From Mobula hypostoma (Eukaryota), in the NCBI RefSeq assembly GCF_963921235.1, contig NC_086097.1:55492001-55556000 (forward strand): DNA of 64,000 nucleotides. The letters run 5' to 3'. This document shows, piece after piece, positions 25,700 through 39,480 of the stretch. The notes beneath the pieces were generated by a model, which did not search any database, had not been told where the DNA came from, and saw nothing but the letters and a program-made list of their open reading frames with translations. Made by a program: the position numbers and the translations under genes. How positions within the stretch are numbered: the first letter of the stretch is position 1; the number at the start of each line of letters is the position of its first letter.

Positions 25700-26003
25700 A
25701 TACATAGAGTATTTTTTCCAGGACAGGGGGAATCTGGAACTGAAGGAAACGGGTTTAAGGTGAGAGGGGTGAAATGTAAAGGAGATCAGGGGATAAGTTT
25801 TCACTCAGAGTTGAGGATATCTGGAATGAGCTAAAGTGATGGAGGCAGATAAATTGAAATGTTTAAAAGGTGTTTGGACAGGTTCTTACAGGGAAATGTG
25901 TGGAGGGAAACAGGCCTAACGTGGGCAAATGGTATTAACATAAATAGACATCATAGTTAACATGGATGAAGTGGGCCAATGTGCTGTACATTTCTATGAT
26001 TCC
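25700..26003 (+). mobile_element. Old CR1 3' fragment
   Basis: GGTTTAAGGTGAGAGGGG...TGGAATGAGCT...TTCTATGATTC. Confidence 0.65.
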
Positions 26004-27439
26004 TTTTTCTGCTTTCACATGATTTTTAAAACCTAACTTTCAGATAACTTTATCAGATGAAATTTTGTTTGATAATATTCCCATGAATCATCTTGTGGGT
26101 GTTTTACTATGCTACTGGCAATATATAAATTAAAACTGAAAGCTAGAAAAAGGCTAGCGGAGTGCATAGATCAGATAGGGTTGTTAGGTGAGGACTAGGT
26201 TGGGTTTGGCTCTCCTGTGTTGTGTGGTCAAGTGGCCTCAGGTCCTGACTGGCCTTCATGTGGCTAAGGGATGAAATATAAACAGTATCCTATATTAGAG
26301 GAATCGCCACATCAAGGATAAAAGAAAAGAAAGACTGAAGAAAAAAATGAAAACCATGGAAAATTAAGTATTTTTAAAAAAAGCTAAAGTAAAACATACC
26401 TAAAAACAGTCCTTTGGATTAATGCCGCCAACAACTTTTCCATACTACTTCACGGTACCAATTTAATCAACTTCTCAATCTCTCTTTGCCTTCCTGCCTG
26501 TGGGCATTCTTGGCCTTTTCCTCATTGTACGGGTCATGCTACCCAATGAAATGCTTTGCGTTGTAAAGGTTTAACCATGCTACCATAATGCCCAAAGGTG
26601 GTGTCAACATGAAGGGATTGCTTGAATTAAGTCCTTCCACTACTTCACACTATTTCCCTGGGGAAGAATGTAACATTAGAAAACAACAACAGTCTTCATC
26701 TTCCACACAATAAATTCCAGATGTCAGCTGAGAATGCACACGAGGCACACTACTGGAGAGCAGCTGTTTGACAGTGAAATCCAACCATGGTGTTTTCTCC
26801 CAGCTCTCGATGATTGTCATAGCAGAAGTGACAGATGTTAGCCTGTGCTTTGAGAGTATAATGAAAATGCCTAAAACAGAGAGGAGTGACTCATTCAAAA
26901 TGGTGGGGAGTGGGAACTAAATAAGAATAGTTTTTCAGAACGATATATGAGATTGATAGGCAACTTCAAAGTTTGAGCATTGGAGAAATAACTGGAATTC
27001 TTTCATGTTTCTTGGCACAAAACACTATTTATCTTACAATATTTTGTGCTTTGGCACTCTTCAGATGAGTTTAAGGACTCTGTGTACCAAACAAATGCAT
27101 TCTGCAATATTTTTGCAACATTGCCATCTCAAGGGAGGAACTTTCCTATGTTATGCCATATACCTTCAGAGTATAAAGAACAGTGAGTACCAGTGATTAT
27201 TTCAGACTTTCTTGGTCATTATTGTATTAGGCTAGAAGTCAAAAGTTTGGAAAATGAAAATATTTGTACAAAGGCACAAGTGGTCAAATTTATAATATTA
27301 TGAAAGGATGAATCCAGATTTAGACTTCATTCCCATTGGCTTAGTACCAAGAGAGAAGTTCAAAACAATACAGTTCTAATGTGTAAATATATCACAAATG
27401 TACTGAACCAAAACCAGTTATATACGTCCATCAAGATGT

Positions 27440-27980
27440 CAACATTTCAAAGTATCTATCCTGGATCCAGCACATTGATGCAATCATAATGAAGGCATGC
27501 CTGTGGCTCTGCTTTGTTCAGTTCACCAAAGGCTTACAAATTTCTATAGATGAATGGTGGGGAGCATTCTGACTGGTTTCATTACAGCCTGGAATGGAAA
27601 TTCCAATGCACAGGATTGCAAGAGGCTGTAGAGGGATGTTGCCTCAGCCAGCTCCATCACAGGTACAAGCCTCCTCACCATTGAGGACAAATTCACTAGG
27701 TGTTTCCTCAGAAAGATAGCATTCATTTTTCAAACACCTGGGAAATGCCTTTTTCTTGTGAGGAAAGAACTACAGGGATCTAAAGAAATATACTCAACAA
27801 TTTAGGGCAGCTTCTTCACCTCTGTCATTGGTTCTCTGAACCCATGAACATTATCTCAATATGATTCTTTTTGACACTATTTGTTTTCCTAAATTTTTTA
27901 TTTATTTGCACTGAAAAGCTGCGGCAAAACAACAAAAATTTCATTCACATGTTGGTGTTAATAAATTGAATTCCTATTCT
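27440..27980 (+). mobile_element. Degenerate Rex1/L2-like 3' fragment
   Basis: GAGAGCATTCTGACTGG...GCCTGGAATGG...CTGTAGAGG (ESILTG..AWNG..LQR); ends AATAAATTGAATTC. Confidence 0.6.
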
Positions 27981-28825
27981 GAGTGTACATGTGACTGTTT
28001 CATACACATTGTCTGTGCCTCAACCTTTCATATAAAATGTTATTGTGTTGCAGATTAGGGTGGAATGATTCATGTTGCAATTGTGGGAAACAGACCTGGC
28101 ATTTATGAAGCATTCAGAGTGCATGCTAAACATTATACTGCAGATCTTGCTAAAAGATATAACAAATTAAATTTCTTTACTATCTCTGTTACACCTGTTC
28201 TAATAGCCATGATTTCCCAAGTAAATATTTCAATGGCCATCTCCAAAGTGCATTTAAAACATATACCTAACCTACTGAGAAGATCCAATGGGAGCAGATT
28301 TTCTGAGCTGTTGGTCAATGTGAGCCCAGTTTAATGCCAGCTGGCCACGCTTAGTTGAAAAACCCAGGTAGTAATACTGTGCTGTGTCCCCGTCTCACTC
28401 CACACACCCAAACATGAAACTACTGATTTGACCGATATCCTCACCTCATGTGGATGCACATTCTGGGAACAGTTGTTGATCTTCTGCTTGGATTCACCCA
28501 ATTGCAGGCAGGGCTGAGATCTGGGGAATATATTTACAAGGGAACAATTCTGCAGGCTTCCCACCAGGCACTCAAGCCTCCAGTAATTTTCTCAGGAAGT
28601 GACAGCTGTTAAATACAGGAGTTCATATTAGATCAAGGAAAAAATCTTAATCAACTGCAAATATAACAGCAGTGAACTTTAATCGTTTGCATTGGACAAT
28701 GAATTAGAATCAGAATCAGGTTTATTATCACTGACATATGTGGTTAAATTTGTTGTTTTGTGGCAGCAGTACAGTCCAAGACAAAATATACAGAAGTCCA
28801 AAGTAAATTTATCAAAGTACACATA

Positions 28826-29528
28826 CAGTGCCTATAAAAAGTATTCACTCCCCCCAACCCCTGGTATTTTTCACGTTTTATTGTTTTACAACATTGATTT
28901 ACACAATGGATTTAATTTGGCTTTTTGATCCTGATCAAAAGAAAAGTACTCTTTTTTTTTATGTCAAAATGAAAATAGGTCCCTACAAAGTGATCTAAAT
29001 TAATTACAAATATAAAACACAAAATAATTGATTGCATAAGTATTCACCCCTCTTTAATATGACACACCTAATCATCACTAGTGCAGCCAATTGGTTTTAG
29101 AAGACACATAGTTAAATGGATATCTGTTTTTGGATCACTGTATGCAGTCAAGGTGTTTCAATTGATTGCAGCAGAACTACACCCGTATCTGGAAGGTCCA
29201 ACTGCTGGTGAGTCAGTATCCTGACAAAAACTATACCATGAAGACAAACGAACACTCCAAACAACTCTGTGAAAAGCACAACTCGAGATGGAGACCAGAA
29301 AATTTCCCAGTCCCTTGGAGTACAGTTAAATCAATCATCAAGAAATGGAAAGAATATGGCACAGTTGTAAATCTGCCTAGAGCAGGCCACCCTCAAAAAC
29401 TGAGTGACTGTGCAAGAAGGGGACTAGTGCGGGAGGCCACCAAGAGACCTATGACAACTCTGGAGGAGTTACAAGCTTCAGTGGCTGAGACGGGAGAGAC
29501 TGCGCTTACAGAAACTGTGGCCCGGGTG
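28826..29528 (+). mobile_element. Tc1 transposon left end with transposase N-terminal fragment
   Basis: TA|CAGTGCCTATAAAAAGTATTCAC terminus; inner direct repeat AAGTATTCACCCC at 29038-29050 (IR/DR layout); ORF 29166-29546 has paired-like HTH STVKSIIKKWKEYG, a GRPR-like motif (PRAGHPQKLS) and LVREATKRPMTTLEELQ. No DDE domain or right TIR seen. Confidence 0.88.
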
Positions 29529-29636
29529 CCGAAACGTCAACTGTAATTTTTTCCATAGATGCTGCCTGGCCTGCTGAGTTCTTCCAGTGTTTTGTGCGTG
29601 TTGCTCAGATTTCCAGTATCCGCAGGTTTTCTCTTG
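29529..29636 (+). mobile_element. Penelope-derived 3' fragment truncating the Tc1
   Basis: CCGAAACGTCAACTG...AGATGCTGCCTGGCCTGCTGAGTTC. Confidence 0.7.
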
Positions 29637-30167
29637 TTAGGTATTTTGAGGGAAGGTCAGAAATAAAGCTTTCCTAAACATACTGCAGAAAATGACCACA
29701 GAAAAGCTTTTAAATCTATTTGTTTCCAGCATGTTTGCTGCCTCTCTGCTTGTTTGCCAATTAAGAGTGTAATGACATTTTTTCCACTTCCCTGGACGAG
29801 TGCAGCTCCAATAAGTCAATAAGCTCTGTTTAATCAGCTTCCGTTTTCATTAATCCTCTCCTGCAAGGCATCCTGAGTATTGAATGTACCATCCATGCAG
29901 CTTACACCTCCATTCATTAGTATTGGTCATAACATTTTATCCACCCTGACCATTAGCACCAGTGCTCCCTGGAGTTCTGCGCTCAGTTCCCTGCTTTATT
30001 CCTTGTATACTCATAACTGTCTGCCCAAGTATCGAACTCAATCTTCGAGCTTGCCAATGACACCTTTGTTGGAGGCTAATCCAGAACAATTTGAGATGGA
30101 GTATAAGAAAGAGATCGCAAACCTTGTACATTGATGTCAGGCCCTTAGTGTCAGAATCTCTTTTGGA

Positions 30168-30715
30168 CACGAGATTCTGCAGATGCTGAAAATCTTGAGT
30201 TACACACCCAAAATGCTGGAGGAACTCAGCAAATCAGTCAGCATCTATGGAGGGGAATAAATAGTCAATGTTTTGTGCTGAGACCCTTCATCAGGACTGG
30301 AAAAGAAGGGGCAGAAGCCAGAATAAAAAGGTGAGGTGAGGGGATGGAGTACAAGCTGGCAGGTGATAGGTGAAACCAGGAAGAAGAGGGAATCTAAGAG
30401 GAGAGGACAGTGGACCATGATAGAAAGGGAAAGAGGAGGGACATCAGAGGGAAGAACTAGGCTGGTGAGGAGAAGAAAAGGGATAAGAGGGAACCAGAAT
30501 GGGATGTGGAAAAAGAGAGAAGGGGGAAAGGGTAAAAATTGGAGGTAATGCCATCAGGTTGAACGCTACTCAGATGGAATATGAGGTGCTGTTCTGTCAG
30601 CTTGAGTGTGGCCTTATTGTAGCAGTAGAGGAGGTCATGGACAGACATGTCAGAATGGGAATGGAAAGTTGAGGTGAAATGGGTGGCCACCAGGAGATTC
30701 TGCCTATGCGGTTGA
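30168..30715 (-). mobile_element. Penelope-like (Neptune-type) element 3' part with GIY-YIG C-terminus
   Basis: ORF 30457-30834 LLVATHFTS...HSHSDMSV...LKLTEQHLIFHLSSVQPDG is homologous to 62389-62628; decayed hammerhead at 30263-30298. Confidence 0.85.
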
Positions 30716-30849
30716 TGGAGGGTTGAACACAACCCTGTCCTCATCATTGTAGTTACTGTAGAGATGGCCAGTGGCTTCTTGGAATCCATATCACTAGCCA
30801 CCACTCCTGGCTGGTGATGTACTTTTTTAGACATCAGTAAAGATTTGAC

Positions 30850-31442
30850 TTGTCCACAAGGATTTTCTCGAATTTCTCGAATTTGTCTGGATGTGCTATA
30901 CAGAGTATCCTGATGTCTTGCATTTTAGCCTGGTATGGCAAATGCTTAGACCATTGGAATCTACTGAATGTCATAAACACTGCTGTCTGTCACAGGCTCA
31001 GCACATCCTTCCATCCAGTCCATCTTCACAGCCTGCTGCATTAGGAAGTCTATCAGTATTGTCCAGGATACTTGTCACCCTGGCTATTCCCTTTTCTTTC
31101 TTCTACCTACTGTGAAAAGATATAGCAACTTAAAAGCCAGCATGACCAAATTCAAGAACAGCTTCTTCCCCATTGCAATTAGGCCCCTGAACCATCTACA
31201 TCTTTCATACCTCCTTCCGATTGGTGCTGCCATATTCTCAAACCCTCAATTCTACAGACTCCATTATTGTCACTTCAGCATCTGTTTACACTGCTATATT
31301 TTGCACTATTCCACTGTGCTTAAGCTTGTCTCTGCATTGATTGTTGTATTTATGATTACTGTGTATTCTGTTTACTCTCTCAGTAGTGGTAGGAATTTCA
31401 TTACACCCTAGTGTGTATTGACAATACAATAATATGAATCTG
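30850..31442 (+). mobile_element. Rex1/L2-like relic 3' part (probably continuous with 29900-30140)
   Basis: AIQSILMSCILAWYG; KFKNSFFPIAIR; upstream piece LTISTSAPW.SALSSLLYSLYTHNC. Confidence 0.65.
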
Positions 31443-31529
31443 AAGCACCGAAACTTCTCAACAGCATGCTCCAGATCTGCTACCATTTGAAAGAGAGGAC
31501 CAATGAGTAGAATGGAATGGCACCTGGTC

Positions 31530-31822
31530 CAAGTAGCATAACGGTTACCGCGATAATATTACAGCTTAGAGCATTCTAGAATTCGAAGTTCAATTTTGGC
31601 GCCGTTCTGTAGGGAGTGTCTGTACGTTCTCCCCTTGAAATGCCTGGGTTTTCCCTGGGTGCTTCAGTTTCCTCCCACAGTCCAAAGGTGTATTGGGTAG
31701 GTAAATTAGTCATTGTAAATTGTCCCATGGTTAGGTTAGGGTTAATCGGGGTTGTGGTGTTGCTGAGGTGGTGTGGCTGGAAGGGTCTACTTTGTGCTGA
31801 ACCACTAAATGAATAAATAAAG
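31530..31822 (+). mobile_element. tRNA-derived V-SINE-like element
   Basis: A/B-box-like head (GTAGCATAACGG; GAAGTTCAATT); V-domain-like GTTCTCCCC...GGGTTTTCCCTGGGTGCTTCAGTTTCCTCCCACAGTCCAAAG; (AATA)n tail. Confidence 0.75.
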
Positions 31823-34019
31823 TCCCCTCCCCCAGTGTGTATTATCCTGACTTGGAAATACACTGCTGTCTCTTCATTATCAACATTTAGGTTGTGTATT
31901 GTGCCAAAACCCCTCACTATTCTTAGCATTTTGTCTTGGCCTGAAAGGTTTGGCTCTGAGGACTACAAGAAGTAATCATTTACATTTTGCATATCAAATT
32001 TAACTTCAATGAAATGACCACCTAATACAGCTTATCATCAGAACTAGAAAGTAGTAGAAAATACGAAGAGGAAAAATATCTGATGTACCACTCATCACCA
32101 CAAAATACAGCAACATTTTAGAGATAGACATGAGCAGTAAATGTTGCATGAAGACAACATAAAAATAGGATAAGAACTGAAAGCTAACAAGAGTAAAGAC
32201 ACTATGGATTGTTTGGAAAATTCTTTTGTTGTAGGTTCTTTGATTTTACTAATTCAAATGAAAAGTAGTAAAGACATAAGTTGGGGTGTTCGATGTATTG
32301 ATGATAAGCAGCTCATTTGGGTAAAAACAATTTGTTGCTAGTGATCTCAACGACCATTACTCATGTCAATTATTAGTAAAAAGGGAGAAAATTTTCACTG
32401 TGACAGTTGCCATGGTGTCTTCTTTCTCCCAGTCACCGAAATCAGATTACACTCCCTCATTTACAGTCACTCTGTGAATGGCACATTGCTCAAAAAAAAA
32501 CAATGCTGTCCTTGTGTAGCCCAGAGGGGAATCAATGTGATTTCACAGCCTAACAGATCTAGAAGGTCCTGGAACATTCATTGACATTATAAAAACCTTT
32601 GACATAATTTCCAGAGAAAGTCTATAGAAGCTGCTGAGTAAGTCTCTGTCCGTAAGGTAATTAGCATAATCAGTGAACCACATGTCTTTTGGATTCAAAA
32701 CTACCCAAATGTAATGAATTTAACGTGTACCCTTTTATAAATTCTGTGATTAAAGGTCATGTAGTTACCCTGAACCTTTCCTGGGTGTTTAGCACAGCTA
32801 CTTAGGGTGATGGCACAATGTGTTTATAAAGGGAATTTATTGACACTCATTGATGGATGGGTACACTTGCATTGATTATTGGTCAAAGTGTAGATAACGT
32901 TAGGTGACTTTGCAAAGCTTGTGCACAAAAATCACAAGCTGTTCCATTTTCACAAAAACATGTTGGATTAGCTACACATAACAACTAAAACCATAAAATT
33001 CCATAGCTAACAATTTTACTAACCGAGATTCTGAATCCATCTTGGACCATGAATTCAAGACACTCAGGAATTTAAAGCTGCTTACTCTTTCCACTACAGA
33101 GGATCAACCACTATCTTACTCAGTTTCAGAGTAGACTCAGGAGGCTCTTTGGTTTAATATGAATTCTAAACACAATCTTCAAATGCTCTTGTCATCCTTG
33201 TGGAACATTTGGTTGAACGTGGTTGCAAATGTTTCATCCTTTTCTTTGTACTTCACCATGGTAGAGAATGAAGATGTTCTTAAGGTCTCCTCTTTCTGTT
33301 AGCTGTTTAATTTATTGCCAATATTCATATTGTAGGATCTGAACCATTGATTGTTTTTGGATTGTCAACCTGTGCCTTTTGCATCTATATTTACTCTTTT
33401 GCATGCTTGTATTCTTATGTGTCAGTTTTTCCAGTTTACCATTTTATTTTCATCTATCTTTGGTGCTATTCCCAGACATTCTCTCTCTCTGCTGAAAAAC
33501 TGTGTTGATTCCTTGGTTTGACTGCAATGATAGAACTTGAGATATTCCAGGCAATGAAAAAATGTGGACCCTTAAATTTCTGCTGGTGATAAAGACCTCA
33601 GCACCCCCCGGATTCCCAATTCTGAATTGTCAGATTTAGTCTGAATCTTTTACACATAATGGGATGGTGGGTATCATTAGTGCCCAATGGATTGTGCATT
33701 GGTCAGTCTTTTTTATTAATAGCTGAGGGTGAGATCAACTAAGTTCATCTTTTGTCATTTATCACAAACTCAGTAAGGTATCTATGTCTTTCAAGGTTCT
33801 GCCAGACTAGTCCAGGTCAGTATCACTGAGCAACTTTAGGCAATCTAAGACAAAACAATGATACCCCTCCCAAGCCCTGATATTCTCTGAGTTCTTATTC
33901 CTTACATTTCTTCCATCATGTTATTGACAACATCGAGGATCTTCTTATTAGCTGTGGGGGGGGGGAGTTGGCAGGTAACAATTAGAAATTAGGAAGAGGG
34001 CACCTCCTCCTTCCCTATC

Positions 34020-34246
34020 TCCCATGGTCCACTCTCCTGTCCTACCAGATTCCTTCTTGACCTTTCCCACCCACCTGGCTTCACCTCTCACCTTTCAGCT
34101 TGTCGCTTTCTCCTCCTCCCACCTGTATATTCTGCCATCTTCCCCCCTCCTTCTCAGTCCTGAAGAAGAGTCTCAGTCCAAAAACATTGACTATTTATTA
34201 ATTTCCAAAGATGCTGCCTGACCTGCCGAGTTTTCTGTGTGTGGCT
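34020..34246 (+). mobile_element. Penelope-derived 3' fragment with decayed hammerhead
   Basis: CAGTCCTGAAGAAGAGTCTCAGTCCAAAAACATTGACT...AGATGCTGCCTGACC. Confidence 0.7.
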
Positions 34247-34454
34247 AACAATTAGCAAAGGTTTCCTTGCTTATGTCTGACTCAGAGTGATGGGGTTTGG
34301 AAACTTTCAATTTGCAGGTAACCCACTCCTGGCTACATACTATTGTTAAGCGACCTCTGTCCTATAAGTGGGACAAAATACACCTGGGAATGATAACAGA
34401 GTAGTCTGGGACATTGGCTACAAGGTTCTGTGAATATAACTATATCACACTATT

Positions 34455-36335
34455 AGACCATAAGACATAGGAGCAGAATTAGGCCATTCAGCCCATCAAG
34501 GCTGCTCCACCATTCCATTATGGCTGATCCCAGATCCCACTTAACCCCATATGCCTGCCTTCTCGCCATGTCCTTAATCTCTGATCGATCGGGAAATGAT
34601 CAACTTCTGCCTTAAATATACCCATGGACTTGGCCTCCATGGCAGCCTGTGTCAGAGCATTCCATAGATTTGCTACTGTCTGGCTAAAAAGAGTTCTCTT
34701 TACCTCTGTTCTAAAGGGTTGCCCCTCAATTTTGAGGCTGTGTCCTCTAGTTCTGGATATCACACCAGAGGAAACATCCTCTCCACGTCCACCTTATCTA
34801 AGCCTATCAACATTCATTAGGTTTCAATGAGATCCCCACACATTCTTTCAAATTCCAGTGAGTACAGACCCCAAACTGCCAAATGCTGCTCATTCCCGGA
34901 ATCATTCTCCTGAGCCTCCTCTTACACTCTCCAATGACAACACATCCTTTCTGAAATATGGGGACCAAAACTGTGGACAATACTCCAAATGCAGCCTGAC
35001 TAGTGTCTTATAAAGGCTCAGCATTATCTCTTTGCTTTTATATTCTATTTCCCTTGAAATAAATGGCAATGTTGCCTTTGCCTTCTTTACTATAGACTCA
35101 ACCTGTAAATTAACCTTCTGGGAGTCTTGCAAGAGGACTCCTAAGTCTCTCTGCACCACCGATGTTTGAACCTTCTCCCCATTTAGATAATATTCTACAC
35201 TATTGTTCCTTTTACCAAAATGCATTTTCGTACATTTCCCAACAGTATTCCATCTGCCACTTTTTTTGCCCATTCTTCCAATCACATTGCTTCCTCAGCA
35301 TTACCTGCCCCTCCACCTATCATCATATCATCCACAAGCTTTGTCATAAAACCATTATCCAAATCATTGACGAACAATATGGAAAGCAATGGTCCCTGAG
35401 GAACATCACGAGTCACCATGCAGCCAACCAGAAAAGGCCCCTTTTATTCCCACTTGCTATCTCCTGCCAATCAGTCATTCTATTATCCATGCCAGTATCT
35501 TTCCTATAATGTCATAGGATTTTATCTCGTTAAGCAGCCTCATATGGGGCACCTTATCAATTGCCTTCTGAAAATCCAAGTTAATGACATCCACGGCCTC
35601 TCCCTTTTCCACCCTGCTTGTTACTACCTTGAAGAACTTCAATAGATTTGTCAGGTAAGATTTCCATTTACGGAAACCACGCTGACTTTGACTTATTTTA
35701 TCATTAGTCTTCAAGTACCCCTAAACCTCATCCTTAATAATAGACTCCCAACACTTTCCCAAACCCTGAGGTTTGGCTAAGTGGCCTATAATTTCCTTTC
35801 TTTTGCCTTCCTCCCTTCTTAAAGAGTGTAGTAACATTTGCAATCTTCCAGTCCTCCGGGACCAAGCCAGAATTGAGTGATTCTTGAAAGATCATAAACA
35901 ATGCATCTGTTATCTCTTCAGCAACTTCTCTCAGGATTCTGGGCTGTAGTCCATATGGTCCAGGTGACTTATCCATCTTATGACCTTTGAGTTTACCTCA
36001 CACTTTTTCCTTTGTAATAGCAATGACACTCACTTCTGCTCCCTGAGACCCACGGACCTGTGGCACACTGCTTGTGTCTTTAACAGTGAAGACTGATGCA
36101 AAATACCCATTAAGTTCATCTGCCATTTCTTTGTCCCCCATTACTACCTCACCAGCATTGTTTTCTAGTGATCCAATATCAACGTTCACCTCCCTTTTAC
36201 CCTTTATATAACTGAAAAATCTTTTGGTATCCTGCTTTATACTATTGGCTAGTCTGCCCTCATATTTCATCTTTTCCCTTCTTATAGCTTTTCAGTTGCC
36301 TTTTTTTGGATTTTAAAAGCTTCCCAGTCACTTTT
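34455..36335 (-). mobile_element. CR1 LINE, 5'-truncated and frameshifted
   Basis: Collinear minus-strand ORF fragments 35998-36270, 35734-35976, 35475-35714, 34902-35285 and 34518-34763; tail AGACCATAAGACATAGG. Same subfamily as 57400-58770. Confidence 0.92.
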
Positions 36336-37339
36336 GCTTGACTGGTCAATGGGCATCTCTCTGATTTCGATAGCAGTCTTCAGATATTGTTAAGTGGGCT
36401 TGTATCCTTGGTTAATGCCAGGTGATCTTTTAAATTTTAATTTTGAGAAAATTTAGCAGTATGCTCAAGGTGAGGAACTTTCCGGGTCATTACAGCCGAC
36501 CTTTAAGAACCACGTTAAGGCCAGACTGGGTGAAGGTACACTTCCTTTCCCAACTAACCAAACCAATCAGATGGGTTTTAAAACAATCTTGTAGCTTATG
36601 ATCAGAATTACTAAAACTATTTTCATGAAAATTCTTAATATTTAATTAACTGAAATTAAACTCTGCTGTGCAGTGGTGAGAGCCAGGTCTCTGGATCATT
36701 AAGTCAAACTCTATATTATTAATTCAACCACTTAAACACAGACTAACTGTATGCTGCTTGGACCATTGCAGACAGGAGACAATGGGATGGTTAATTATAA
36801 TGTTCCAAGTGCAGCCTTTAGATAAAAACCTGTCAATAAATGATTGACGCACCACTTGTGCTGGCTTCACAACAGCTTCAGTCATCATAATATCTTCCTC
36901 TTCTGTCATCTGCCAAGGCAGCAGAATAGCCTTCATCATTGGCTTGGTCTATCTGTATTAGGAAAAAAAGGAAAAACTATGCGAACAATAGCTTGCATCG
37001 GCTTTCAGGTTTTTTGTTTTCTTTCTTGTGACACCTTCAAGTGATGATGGATTTCTAATGACAGCATCTGTATTTGGTGGTTTATCACTGATACCCAACC
37101 AGCTACCATGGTATCCCTGCAATCTTCCTTCCAATTTGTGTACTTCTTGACACGATGCTAGCATTATGACCCGAGACCACTCTGTTGTTGCTGGGCTTTA
37201 TTCTGTTTTGACTTAATGGGGTGAAAACATTGTCTTCAGAACACCGGGTCAGAAAGTAGAGGGACTGAGAAGATGATAGATGTCATGACCAGTAATAACT
37301 GGCAGGAGTAAGGTAATTGATATACTATAAAAGGATGAA

Positions 37340-38810
37340 CAGGTTGAAGTGTGTATATTTTGATGCTGGAATATTATAGGCAAGGGTAATGAATCTAGAG
37401 CATGGAACTATATATGGAACTAGGATGGTGTGGTCATTACAGAGACTTGGTTGAGAGATGGAGAAGAACAATGCTCAATTATCCAGGGTTTTGCTGTTTC
37501 AGAAAAGATAGAGTGTTGGTGCATGACCAAGTGGTTAAGGCATCGGTTTAGTGATCTGAAGGTCGCTAGTTCAAGCCTCAGCTGAGGCAGCGTGTTGTGT
37601 CCTTGAGCAAGGCACTTAACCATACATTGCTCTGTGACGACACTGGTGCCAAGCTGTATCCGTCCTAGTGCGCTTCCCTTGGACAACATCGGTGGTTTGG
37701 AGAGGGGAGACTTGCAGCATGGGCAACTGCCAGTCTTCCATACAACCTTGCCCAGGCCTGCGCCCTGGAAACCTTCCAAGGTGCAATTCCATAGTCTCAT
37801 GAGACTAACGGATGCCTATTATTAGAAAAGATAGAGAAGGAGGTAAAAAGGGTTGGGGGTTTGTACGATTAATCAAGGACAATATCACAGCTGTACTTGG
37901 AGGGGACATAATGGAGGGCTCATCCATTTGAATCCATACAGGCAAAGGAATGGATACACAGGCAGATTAGGGACGGGTGTAAAAACAACAGGGTTGCTGT
38001 ATGGGTGACTTTGACTTCCCTAAAATAGACCAGGATCTCCTTTGTGTAAGAGGTTCAGATGGGATTGGTTAGGTGCGTCTAAAAGGGTTTCTTAAATCAA
38101 TGTGTATTTAGTCCAACAAGAGGAGGGGCCATTGTAGACCAGGTCTTGGGTGATGAGCCAGGCCGGGTGACTGAATTTTTAGTGGGAGAACAATTAGGGG
38201 ATAGAGATCACAGCTCTTTAAGCTTTAAAATAACTACAACTAAGGATAAGTATGGACCTTGTGGGAGAGTATTAAGTTGGAGTAGGCCATGTTATGACAG
38301 TATTGGGCTGGAACTAGCGAGAGTTAATTGGGAACAATTATTTTTGGGCAAGTCCACATCTGATATGTGGAAGGTTTTTAAAGACCAAATGCACAAAGTA
38401 TAGGACATGTATATTCCAGTGAGAAGGGAGGACAAGGATAGCTAGATAAGGGAACATTAGATGTCAAAAGAGGTGGTGAATTTAGTCAAGAACAAAAAGG
38501 AATTGTATGTTAGGCTTAGGAAGCTAAAATCAAACAGAGTCTTTGACTTAGAAGTTATAAAGAAGCTAGAAAAGAACTCGAGAAGGAAATTAGGAGAGCC
38601 TAGAGGGATCCTGAAAAACCCTTGTCAAGTAGGATTAAAGTGAATTCCAAGGCATTCTATACATACATCAAGGGCAACAGGATAACTAGGGAGCAGGTAG
38701 GATTGCTCAAGAGTGAAGGAGAGAACATGTACTTGGAGGGTGGAGGTTATGGGTGGTCCTAAATGAGTACTTTGCATTGTGTTTACCAAGAAGGACATGG
38801 AGGATAGGGA
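37340..38810 (+). mobile_element. Old CR1 endonuclease-region fragment, interrupted by a SINE
   Basis: GTGACTTTGACTTCCC (GDF.F), LGDRDHSSLSF, LARVNWEQLF. Confidence 0.7.
37514..37823 (+). mobile_element. Full-length tRNA-derived CORE-type SINE with 13-bp TSD
   Basis: TSD AGAAAAGATAGAG at 37501-37513 and 37824-37836; A box TGACCAAGTGG, B box AGTTCAAGCC; CORE-like GTGTCCTTGAGCAAGGCACTTAACC; (TAT)n tail. Confidence 0.88.
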
Positions 38811-39284
38811 ATGAATGTAGAACTTGCTAATTTCTACCGTAGGTAGGATTGTGTCTCCTAATGAACCTGTTACTGTGCTGTGTTATTATATTTTCTTTGG
38901 CATTATTGTTACCTATTGAATGGCTGGACAATGTCTGGCACTTAGTAATAGAACTTCAATATCTTGTATTATTTACTATTTTTTCCAGGAGAAATTGACA
39001 ACTGTGTTCCCCTGGCAAACAAGACTTTGGTGGCTTACTTGATACACGATCAGATTGAAGTTTGCCGAGACAAGTGCTATTGGTAGTGGCTTGAAATAGG
39101 ATTAAAGTAAATTCCTTCATGGCATAAAAGGTCAGCACTGCATTGGTATTCATTGTTGATCTAAAAGAAACAACAACTTAAAAAACAGGCTTGTGAAACC
39201 AATGTTAAGTTTTCTGCTGTAGTCTATGTTGATTAACTGAGTGAACTGAGCAATATTCAGAGGTGGGAACAGTCAGGAAATTCT

Positions 39285-39480
39285 ACCCACCTAGCTTCAC
39301 CTATTACCTTCTAGCTATTCTCCTTCTCCTCACCTCCCCCCCCCGTCTTTTTATTCTGGCATCTACCCCCTTCCTTTCCAGTCTTGAAGAAGGGTCTTGG
39401 CCCAAAATGTTGACTGTTTACTCATTTCTATAGATGTTGCCTGACTTGTTGAGTTCCTCCAGCATTTTGTGTGCACTGCT
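39285..39480 (+). mobile_element. Penelope-derived 3' fragment with decayed hammerhead
   Basis: CAGTCTTGAAGAAGGGTCTTGGCCCAAAATGTTGACTG...GAGTTCCTCCAGCATTTTGTG. Confidence 0.72.

Noticed and set aside
37514..37590. tRNA gene
   Set aside because: It is the tRNA-derived head of a TSD-flanked SINE and lacks a proper acceptor stem.
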